Below, one piece after another: positions 42,741 to 49,582 of a stretch of DNA of 64,000 nucleotides. Made by a program: the position numbers and the translations under genes. The notes under the pieces are model-generated. The model searched no databases. It was not told where the DNA came from and saw only the letters and a program-made list of their open reading frames with translations. Source of the stretch: Bacillota bacterium (GTDB taxonomy: Bacteria > Bacillota_I > Bacilli_A > RF39 > UBA660); assembly GCA_015059155.1 (NCBI GenBank), contig SVAX01000001.1:90247-154246 (forward strand), written 5' to 3'. Positions within the stretch are counted from its first letter, which is position 1; every line of letters starts with the position of its first letter.

Positions 42741-42800
42741 GTTGGTGGGCTGTGGGTGTGGAAAAAAGTTATTTCTTTAGTTGTTACTCCCCCGGGGGGG
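42741..42800. other. GC-rich block in AT-rich spacer: G-tract run plus C5G7 palindrome
   Basis: GTTGGTGGGCTGTGGGTGTGG (42741-42761) and CCCCCGGGGGGG (42789-42800). Function unknown. Confidence 0.3.
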
Positions 42801-42827
42801 ATGTCTATATTTTTTGTTAATATTAAT

Positions 42828-42852
42828 AAAAAAGATTCATCATAAATGAATC
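42828..42852 (-). terminator. Intrinsic terminator of the Panacea TA operon
   Basis: Minus strand: GATTCAT-TTATG-ATGAATC followed by U6. Confidence 0.6.
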
Positions 42853-42862
42853 CTTCAATATT

Positions 42863-43531
42863 TTATTTTATTAATTCCTTTAGCATATCAATAATATCAT
42901 TGGATGTTAAATTATTATTATAAGTATGTTCTTCAATTATAATTTTTAAAAAATCATTTATATTTTTTTCTTCTAATGAAAGCTCTTTTTCATTTAACTT
43001 TGCAAAACTCGATGGATATTTGTATCCTTGTTTTGCCTTTGGGTTTCTAGAAGATTCTATACATATCATATGATTACAATCTATAAACAAAGGAAATATT
43101 ACATTATCAATTTTATAACAAATAACTCTTTTACCATCAGAAATTTGAAATTCAAAATACTCGCTTTCATATTCTTCAATTTTTTCTTTTGGGAAATGAT
43201 ATCCATTTAACAATACTTTTTCTATTCTATTAATTATCTTATCATCATCTAATTTATTTAAGTGGTACTCTTTCTTTGTAGCTATCGAAAATAATTCTTT
43301 ATAATTAAGATTAGAAATACTAATAATTATATTGAAGAAATCAGAAACTGCATTTCTACTACTTTCTTCATTAAAATAATGATTATTGAAATTATCGATT
43401 TGTATACTATTAGTTTGAAAATCAGCAAATGAAAAAGATACCTTTTTATCATCAATATTAGTATGCCTACTAGCATTGATATAGGTATCCTGTTTTAAAT
43501 TAGGTGTAGCTTTTATTTTTGCATTATTCAT
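42863..43531 (-). CDS. Uncharacterised putative toxin partner of the Panacea-domain antitoxin (222 aa)
   Basis: Overlaps the upstream DUF4065 gene by 8 nt. The stretch YFEFQISDGKRVICYKIDNVIFPLFIDCNH is faintly RelE/ParE-like (weak impression). Confidence 0.4.
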   Translation of the reverse strand: MNNAKIKATPNLKQDTYINASRHTNIDDKKVSFSFADFQTNSIQIDNFNNHYFNEESSRNAVSDFFNIIISISNLNYKELFSIATKKEYHLNKLDDDKIINRIEKVLLNGYHFPKEKIEEYESEYFEFQISDGKRVICYKIDNVIFPLFIDCNHMICIESSRNPKAKQGYKYPSSFAKLNEKELSLEEKNINDFLKIIIEEHTYNNNLTSNDIIDMLKELIK

Positions 43532-43997
43532 GAGCTAAATTATTAAAATATATAAATATATCTTTCTTGCTGATTTCTTTGTTCGAATAATCTAATGCAG
43601 ACATACCTTTTCTTGCATTTTGCCATGGTAATTCATGATGAGTCATATATTCTAATTGATCTGCATCAAACTTTCCATATTCTTCCCATATGTGTTCCAA
43701 AAAAGGAATAATTGAGTCATTCTCAAAAATCATATGTTCTTCATTTTTTGGTACTTCATGCCAGTTAAAAGTTCTGTATTCGTTATATAATGTTTTAAAA
43801 ACTGGTCCATGTATCCATGCTTCAGGCGTTTCATCAAACAATAAAGAGTTTATCTCATTTTCATTTTCGTTATTTAAAGCTATAAACCAAGAATAAGAAT
43901 AATACACTAATTTTTGTATTTTCTTAGGTGTTAATTCAGATTTGGTCAAAAAATATTTAGCTATAATCTTAGCATTTATCATATTGTCTTTAATCAT
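43524..43997 (-). CDS. Panacea/DUF4065 (SocA/GepA-like) antitoxin-type protein
   Basis: AKYFL......TPKKIQKLVYYSYSWFIAL......LF.E..EAW.HGPV....Y matches the DUF4065 signature. The start MIKDNM follows GAGGTGA. Confidence 0.7.
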   Translation of the reverse strand: MIKDNMINAKIIAKYFLTKSELTPKKIQKLVYYSYSWFIALNNENENEINSLLFDETPEAWIHGPVFKTLYNEYRTFNWHEVPKNEEHMIFENDSIIPFLEHIWEEYGKFDADQLEYMTHHELPWQNARKGMSALDYSNKEISKKDIFIYFNNLAHE

Positions 43998-44099
43998 AAT
44001 TATCACCTCTCCTACTCTATCCTACTATTATAAGTATACTACAATATCTCCCATTTGTGAATGTTATTGTACATCAAAAAATTTTTTTTGTAAATATAT

Positions 44100-44450
44100 T
44101 TAGAATTCTTCTATTATTAATTTATATAATTCATCTTTAGATATTTTTTTCATTTCTGCTTGTTTATGATGATATGAGCATAATGTTATTAAATTACTTC
44201 CATCTAATTTCAAATCATAATCTTTATCAATTGGAATGATATGATGAACTTGTAAATCATCATAATTATATATACTATCTTTTAAACATACTTGGCATAG
44301 ATATTTATCTCTTTTCTTTATTTGTTCTCTTTTAACAATCCATGCATTACTATTTCTAAATTTACTAGCTTTAGTATTCTTTTTATAATATCTTTTACAC
44401 ATATTATCTTCGTGATGTATTCCACCACATATAGTACATGTTCTATACAT
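44100..44450 (-). CDS. Phage-type HNH endonuclease
   Basis: CxxC...(YLCQVC)...LQVHHIIPI...NLITLCSYHH HNH/zinc motifs. Confidence 0.8.
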   Translation of the reverse strand: MYRTCTICGGIHHEDNMCKRYYKKNTKASKFRNSNAWIVKREQIKKRDKYLCQVCLKDSIYNYDDLQVHHIIPIDKDYDLKLDGSNLITLCSYHHKQAEMKKISKDELYKLIIEEF

Positions 44451-44502
44451 TTAATTCTCCTTTCTAAAAAAGAATCCTATTATAGGATCCTATAGTTGTA
44501 TA

Positions 44503-45336
44503 TTAATAAACCGTATCGTAATATTGCGATGACCAGTCAACTTCATTTCGTTCCCAATTACCTTCTAGATATTCTTCAAATTTATCACTAAATAAAGTTA
44601 TTGGTCTTAAGTATTCTTCTAATCTTCCGTTTGATAACCAACATTGAGTCATTTTATCTATCACTGTATAAAAATCATCTAAAGTATAACCTTCACTTAA
44701 TCTTAATTTTATTAAATCAACTGTTTTTTTGCTTCCTGGTTTAAAATTTTTAAATGTTTTGTTATTCAAATAAGTCACTACTTGATAACATATATCCTGC
44801 AACGCAGGATTGGGTTTATCTTCTTGTCGTACTAAAAGACGACTATTATTATTAATATTATTTATTGTTTCTATGCTCTGATTTCTAGTTTCTAATATAT
44901 TATTTCTTTCTTCTATATCTGGTGGACAATTGTCTTCTTTGTTATTGTCCTTTTCTTTTTTCTTCTTTCTTTGTTTTTCTTTCTTTTCAGCTCCAACAGT
45001 TTGATTAGTATAATTAAGTGCTTCTTCTATAAAGATCATATTATCTTTTAATTCAATAAGACCTACTTCTTTTAATTTGGTCATTCTATCCTTTAAATCA
45101 TCTATGTCTGTATTAGTCTTTCTGCTTAATTCTTCTACTGAATATGGTTTTAACTCTCCTGCTATTAATTTACATAAATATCCTTCTTTATTAGTAGCTA
45201 AAGTAATTAATCTTAAATATAAAATTACTGTATTAGCTCCATCAAAATCAGATAATAATTCTTCTATTTCATCTTTATCAAAAAAAGTATTAGGAAACTT
45301 GAAGAAATACATTTTAGTTCTATTATAATCTGCCAT
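44503..45336 (-). CDS. Phage replisome organizer / DnaD-like replication initiation protein
   Basis: The N-terminus (FFKFPNTFFDKDEIE..L......G...VILYLRL) resembles the replisome-organizer N-domain. The C-terminus (YLN......FKP.SKKT..LI..RL.EGYTLDDF..VID) resembles the conserved phage C-terminal/DnaD-like domain. Confidence 0.65.
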   Translation of the reverse strand: MADYNRTKMYFFKFPNTFFDKDEIEELLSDFDGANTVILYLRLITLATNKEGYLCKLIAGELKPYSVEELSRKTNTDIDDLKDRMTKLKEVGLIELKDNMIFIEEALNYTNQTVGAEKKEKQRKKKKEKDNNKEDNCPPDIEERNNILETRNQSIETINNINNNSRLLVRQEDKPNPALQDICYQVVTYLNNKTFKNFKPGSKKTVDLIKLRLSEGYTLDDFYTVIDKMTQCWLSNGRLEEYLRPITLFSDKFEEYLEGNWERNEVDWSSQYYDTVY

Positions 45337-45604
45337 ACTTTAACGTAGCATTTTCTCTTTCTTTTATGCAGTAAGGTTCAATACTTTTCCAATCATCAGA
45401 TTCTTTAATATCTCTTGATGGTTCTAAACCTAAAAATACATAGTTACATACTGCATAATAGAATTTATTAACTTCAAAATTATGTACTCTTTCTATTTCA
45501 TAATATACTTTCATAAAATCTGGAATTTCGCCAATATCCGGTTTCTTTTTATATACTTGTCTAATAAAATTATAAAAATCTTTTTGTTCTTTATTCTTTG
45601 TCAT
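45323..45604 (-). CDS. Hypothetical phage-like protein (93 aa)
   Basis: Lies between the cro-like gene and the replisome organizer and overlaps the downstream gene. No recognisable motif. Confidence 0.45.
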   Translation of the reverse strand: MTKNKEQKDFYNFIRQVYKKKPDIGEIPDFMKVYYEIERVHNFEVNKFYYAVCNYVFLGLEPSRDIKESDDWKSIEPYCIKERENATLKYGRL

Positions 45605-45617
45605 TTCTTTTACCTTT

Positions 45618-45651
45618 CTTTATCGTATTCTTGTTTTATAGTTTGTCAGAC
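45618..45651. repeat. Left arm of a 34-bp inverted repeat (33/34 identical to the reverse complement of 46751-46784)
   Basis: CTTTATCGTATTCTTGTTTTATAGTTTGTCAGAC. It covers the stop and last four codons of the cro-like gene plus 18 nt of downstream sequence. Confidence 0.9.
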
Positions 45652-45872
45652 CATGCTCTTGCTATTACTAAATCTTTGTAATCTTCTGAATATACAATAT
45701 CGCCATATTTTACATTGTATAAACTTAATATCTCACTTAACTTTTTAAAGTCTGGATGAGTCTTTTTATTTTCATAACTTCTTAAGGTTTCGCTACTAAT
45801 ACTTAATTTTTTACTTGCTTCCTTAAGAGTAAATCCAGCATTGATCCTTAATGCTCTTAAAGATATTTTCAT
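45636..45872 (-). CDS. XRE-family HTH regulator (Cro-like)
   Basis: LRINAGFTLKEASKKLSISSETLRSYE HTH. Divergent from the cI-like gene. Confidence 0.75.
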   Translation of the reverse strand: MKISLRALRINAGFTLKEASKKLSISSETLRSYENKKTHPDFKKLSEILSLYNVKYGDIVYSEDYKDLVIARAWSDKL

Positions 45873-45903
45873 TTATATTAACCTCCTTTCTACCTTCAAT
45901 ATA

Positions 45904-45999
45904 ATTATATAACTTATGTTCGTATTTGTAAAGAATTTTGTGTCATTTTCAACATTTTCTTTTTTATAACTTGACATTTTTAGCCAAAAACGTTAACAT
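45904..45999. promoter_or_regulatory. Divergent cro/cI promoter-operator region
   Basis: Minus strand: TTTACA (45927-45932), 17 nt, TATAAT (45904-45909). Plus strand: TTGACA (45971-45976), 17 nt, TAACAT (45994-45999). Repeated TATAACTT elements lie between them. Confidence 0.5.
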
Positions 46000-46021
46000 G
46001 TAATTGTAGGAGGTAGAAGCT

Positions 46022-46699
46022 ATGAGAAAACGTGAACAAAGAGAAATAATAGCTGTTAATCTTAAAGATTTATTAAAATCTAGAAAGATAACCGCTAAAC
46101 AAGTTGCTAAAGATTTAAATGTAAGTTATTCTACTTTTGGAGATTGGACAAGAGCTAGAACATTACCAAGTCCTAATCAATTAAAAGATGTTGCTGATTA
46201 CTTTAAAGTATCTATTGCTAACTTAACTACTCTAAACGAAGATTTAATAAATCCTGTTAGTGACTCTGAAGTTCTTGATAGCAAAATTCGTATAGCTGTT
46301 TTAGAAACATCTGAACAATTTGGCGAAGAAACTAATAGAACAATTAGATGGGAGTATATTCCTAAGTTCTTACCTGGTGCAGATGATTCAATAGGAATTA
46401 TGCTTAATGATGATTCTATGGAACCTGAATATCATAAAGGTGATATTATCATCGCTAAAAAAGTAAAATATTTAAATACAAATGGTGATTACATTTTAGA
46501 ATCTTATGATGGTGACGAATGGCTTCCAAGTATTCAATTTGCTAGAGTTATTAACAAAGGTGGACAAGTAATTATTACTCCATTGAATATTGATAATGAA
46601 AAATGTTATGTACCGGAAAGATTAACTGAAGAGCAATATTTAAAAAAATATAAAAATAAATATTCTATTATTAGATTAATAAGAGATTATACAAAATAA
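46022..46699 (+). CDS. CI/LexA-like repressor (XRE HTH plus S24 peptidase domain)
   Basis: N-terminal HTH (ITAKQVAKDLNVSYSTFGDW) and a C-terminal S24 domain with DDSMEP and GDIIIAKK (Ser/Lys dyad). Confidence 0.8.
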   Translation: MRKREQREIIAVNLKDLLKSRKITAKQVAKDLNVSYSTFGDWTRARTLPSPNQLKDVADYFKVSIANLTTLNEDLINPVSDSEVLDSKIRIAVLETSEQFGEETNRTIRWEYIPKFLPGADDSIGIMLNDDSMEPEYHKGDIIIAKKVKYLNTNGDYILESYDGDEWLPSIQFARVINKGGQVIITPLNIDNEKCYVPERLTEEQYLKKYKNKYSIIRLIRDYTK

Positions 46700-46705
46700 A
46701 AAAAA

Positions 46706-46727
46706 ATCTCGTATTGGCGTACGAGAT
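46706..46727 (-). terminator. Hairpin with U-run on the minus strand only
   Basis: ATCTCGTA-TTGGCG-TACGAGAT is preceded by A7 on the plus strand. It would therefore terminate minus-strand (antisense-to-cI) transcripts. Confidence 0.4.
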
Positions 46728-46750
46728 CAAGAAATACCAAATATGTTTAA

Positions 46751-46784
46751 GTCTGACAAACTATAAAACAAGAACACGATAAAG
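46751..46784. repeat. Right arm of the 34-bp inverted repeat
   Basis: GTCTGACAAACTATAAAACAAGAACACGATAAAG. It has one mismatch to the reverse complement of 45618-45651 and lies 100 bp upstream of the integrase start. Confidence 0.9.
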
Positions 46785-46883
46785 TGCATTGGTTTTTCCA
46801 TGCTTTAATTATAACATAATTTGAAAAAATTACAAGTTTTCGGCATATTTTAGGTATTTCTTATTTAAAGAAAGGAAGATATT

Positions 46884-47993
46884 ATGCCTGTATATAAGGA
46901 TGAAAATCCAACTAAAGATGGAAGACAATGGTTCTTCCGAACAAGATATAAAGATTTAGATGGTACTAAAAAACAATATCATTCAAAAAAGTATGCTACA
47001 AGACGTGAAGCTCTAGATGCTGAAGCTGAATTTAAAATCAAAGCTTTAGAAGAAGCAAATGTTAGTACTGTTACTTTTAAACAAATGATTGAATTATTTA
47101 TCGAACAAAGATCTTCTATTGTTAAAGAAACTACTATGTACAATTATCATAATAAAAGAAGATTTCTTGAACCATTATATAATATCAGATTAACTAATTT
47201 TAATATTGAAACATACGAAAGATGGAGACAATATATTAATAGATGTAACATCTCTACTCGTTATAAAAATGATATTTATAAGTTTTTAAAATCTATATTA
47301 AACTATGCTACTGATTGGTATGGTTTTAACTTTGTGCATATTTATAGAAAAATGCAAAATTTTAATAATCCAAATGAGATGCCTAAAGAAATGTTATTCT
47401 TTACATATGATGAATTTCAACAGTTTCTATCCGTTGAAGAAGATATAAAATTTAGATGTGGATTCCAACTACTCTACTATTGTGGATTACGTATTGGCGA
47501 ACTTAAAGGGCTTACCTGGAAAGATATAGATTTTGAAAATAAAACTGTTAGTATAAACAAGCAAATAACAAAGCAATCTAGCCGTGAAAACTGGCGATTT
47601 GTGCCACCTAAAACCAAAAAGAGTAATAGAGTCTTACCTCTTACAAAAGTTCTCTTAAACGACCTTAAAACGTTAAAAGAAAGCGATAAAGAAATACTAT
47701 TTGGATTCAATGATAAATTCTTCGTTGTCGGTGATATTGCACCAGCTAGTAACAACAGATTCTCTGATCGTAAAAATAAGAATTGTGAAAAAGCTGGAGT
47801 AAAACAAATACGATTACATGACTTTAGACATTCATGTGCATCTTTATTAATTTATAAAGGTGCTAGTATTAATATGGTTTCTAAATTCTTAGGTCATTCT
47901 AAAATTGAAGAAACTCTTAATACTTATACTCACCTATATTCAAACGCTTTAAGTGATATTACAAATTTGATTGATGAAATGAATGAAAGCTAG
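46884..47993 (+). CDS. int: Tyrosine recombinase / phage integrase with N-terminal arm-binding domain
   Basis: KDGRQWFFRTRYKDLDGTKKQYHSKKYATRREA (arm-type domain). Catalytic residues: GLRIGEL (R), HDFRHS (HxxR) and GHSKIEETLNTYTHL (H...Y). Confidence 0.9.
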   Translation: MPVYKDENPTKDGRQWFFRTRYKDLDGTKKQYHSKKYATRREALDAEAEFKIKALEEANVSTVTFKQMIELFIEQRSSIVKETTMYNYHNKRRFLEPLYNIRLTNFNIETYERWRQYINRCNISTRYKNDIYKFLKSILNYATDWYGFNFVHIYRKMQNFNNPNEMPKEMLFFTYDEFQQFLSVEEDIKFRCGFQLLYYCGLRIGELKGLTWKDIDFENKTVSINKQITKQSSRENWRFVPPKTKKSNRVLPLTKVLLNDLKTLKESDKEILFGFNDKFFVVGDIAPASNNRFSDRKNKNCEKAGVKQIRLHDFRHSCASLLIYKGASINMVSKFLGHSKIEETLNTYTHLYSNALSDITNLIDEMNES

Positions 47994-48010
47994 GATCTCT
48001 CCTAGCCTTT

Positions 48011-49045
48011 TTATTTTTCATTGTCCAAGAAGTATTTTATTTGTTTCATTAACTTTTCATCTTCAGAATCTTCTAATACTTCCCAATTATATTTACCACT
48101 TATATCCAATATAGGAACCAACTCTATTTCACCATAGTTATTAACAATTTCAAAATTTTGTTCTATTATCCCTAAACAAAGTGAATAATTAAATTCCATA
48201 ATTCTTTCCAATAAATTTTTATTTGGATTTTTGTACATTATTTTATAAAATCTATTAAATTCATTATTTCTAATAGATAATATAACTGCATATATGTGTT
48301 TACAATAAAACTCACAAGGACACGAACAATATACACGCATTTTTTCTTCTGATTCATTATAATTTATTACAACCACATATTTTTCGTTTCCTTCAACAAT
48401 TGCAAAATAACGATCATCTATCTTTTCTAAAAATTTAACTTTAGATTCTTCATAATATTTTTTCCCTCTTTGACAAATTTGATAACTAAATAACTTATCT
48501 ATATCTCCTTTAAACAAATTGAAATCAAATTCTCTTTTATATTCATATCTTTCTGTAGTATCAGTTAACTGAGCCATAGTTTCATAAAGAAACGATTCGA
48601 ATTCCTTTGGCATATTCCTAAAGATAAAAATAAATAAATCTAATAAGTGTCCTAATGACTTAGGCAAATACCTTTTAAATTTAACATTTATTTCATTATC
48701 TACAGCTGTTTTAATATTCGCTCTCAACCATACAATATCTTGTTCACCGATCAGTTCATCTTCAAATATAGAGGAAACTTTAAATCTTAAAAAATCCTCT
48801 CTAATCATATTAATAACAGTATGAGAAACATATGTACAAGACATATATCGATCAATATTTAAATCAGTTATTTGAGATAATTTAAACCATCTTAATTTAT
48901 ATGAATCATTCTTTTTATTATAAGTTAAAATTATATAAACATCATGTCCTTCATAATTTAATAATGATAATTCTAAAATTTTTTCTTCTTTTTTATAATA
49001 TTTTTTTATTAGATCAATTTTTTGTTTATTATCCAAATTTTTCAT
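48011..49045 (-). CDS. SWIM zinc-finger protein of unknown function
   Basis: CSCPCEFYCKHIYAV (CxCx..CxH SWIM signature). The start MKNLDNK follows GGAGG, and an extended -10 TGGTATAAT lies at about 49089-49097. Confidence 0.6.
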   Translation of the reverse strand: MKNLDNKQKIDLIKKYYKKEEKILELSLLNYEGHDVYIILTYNKKNDSYKLRWFKLSQITDLNIDRYMSCTYVSHTVINMIREDFLRFKVSSIFEDELIGEQDIVWLRANIKTAVDNEINVKFKRYLPKSLGHLLDLFIFIFRNMPKEFESFLYETMAQLTDTTERYEYKREFDFNLFKGDIDKLFSYQICQRGKKYYEESKVKFLEKIDDRYFAIVEGNEKYVVVINYNESEEKMRVYCSCPCEFYCKHIYAVILSIRNNEFNRFYKIMYKNPNKNLLERIMEFNYSLCLGIIEQNFEIVNNYGEIELVPILDISGKYNWEVLEDSEDEKLMKQIKYFLDNEK

Positions 49046-49447
49046 AAAAGACCTCCAAACATCAAAAAACAAGTCGTTCTAACCTATAAATATTATACCA
49101 TAAAAAAATCGATTTTTTCATCGACTACATTCCCCCTGTAGAAGTCTTTCCGCTCTCTTCTGGTGGATACCATAAATTGAAATCCGCTCACTTCTACCTG
49201 AAGACTGCCCAAATACTAATTTTTCCTTTATTTTACGGGCTTTTAATTAGTCAAAAATCAGTTTAGATACGAATTAGGTACAATTTATTTTATTTTCTAC
49301 AAAATTCACTTGGTACCTAACACAATGCTCGCAAAGTCTTATAATTCCTAGGAAAAGTTGTAAATATGCTAATTATTTTTGGACATTTTTGTTACCTAAA
49401 ATTGAAAAGGTCAAATCGCGCAAACCTTATAAATACTGGGTTTAAAC

Positions 49448-49543
49448 AAAAAAATGAGAGCCTTTCGGCTCTCTTCAGGGGGTTTTGGTTGTGTGTCCTT
49501 CACATATAAGCTTCGTAAAGAACACTAGGTATGTTTCCATACC
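49448..49543 (-). ncRNA. Candidate ~95-nt small RNA, the proposed integration target of the island
   Basis: Minus-strand promoter: TTGACT (49573-49578), 17 nt, TATACT (49550-49555), followed by TATAAT. Hairpin 1 is GGTATG-GAAA-CATACC. Hairpin 2 is GTGTTCTTTAC...GTGAAGGACAC (11 bp including 2 G.U). Then come a single-stranded ACAACCAAAACCCCCTGAA and the terminator GAGAGCC-GAAA-GGCTCTC plus U7. I do not recognise the family. Confidence 0.4.
49470..49482. repeat. Candidate attR core (TCTCTTCAGGGGG)
   Basis: Identical to 31112-31124 and lies inside the 3' part of the candidate sRNA. Confidence 0.45.
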
Positions 49544-49582
49544 ATTATAAGTATAAAATATTTTTTTAAATTAGTCAAGATA

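Larger units (their letters stand above)
31112..49482. mobile_element. ~18.4 kb integrative, phage-satellite-like defence island
   Basis: Bounded by the identical 13-nt direct repeat TCTCTTCAGGGGG (31112-31124 and 49470-49482). It carries an arm-domain tyrosine integrase, a cI/cro module, a replisome organizer and HNH, plus defence cargo (RT, type I R-M, Panacea TA). It holds the only plus-strand genes in the window. Flanking genes (NUDIX, recG) are core genes. Confidence 0.55.

Noticed and set aside
49130-49200. Possible tmRNA or tRNA 3' end, because the minus strand reads ...GGTATCCACCA and integrases often target tmRNA.
   Set aside because: There is no GC-rich acceptor stem, no TTCGA T-loop, no 5' GGGG..TTCGAC tmRNA start and no tag-peptide frame. 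The cloverleaf cannot be drawn.
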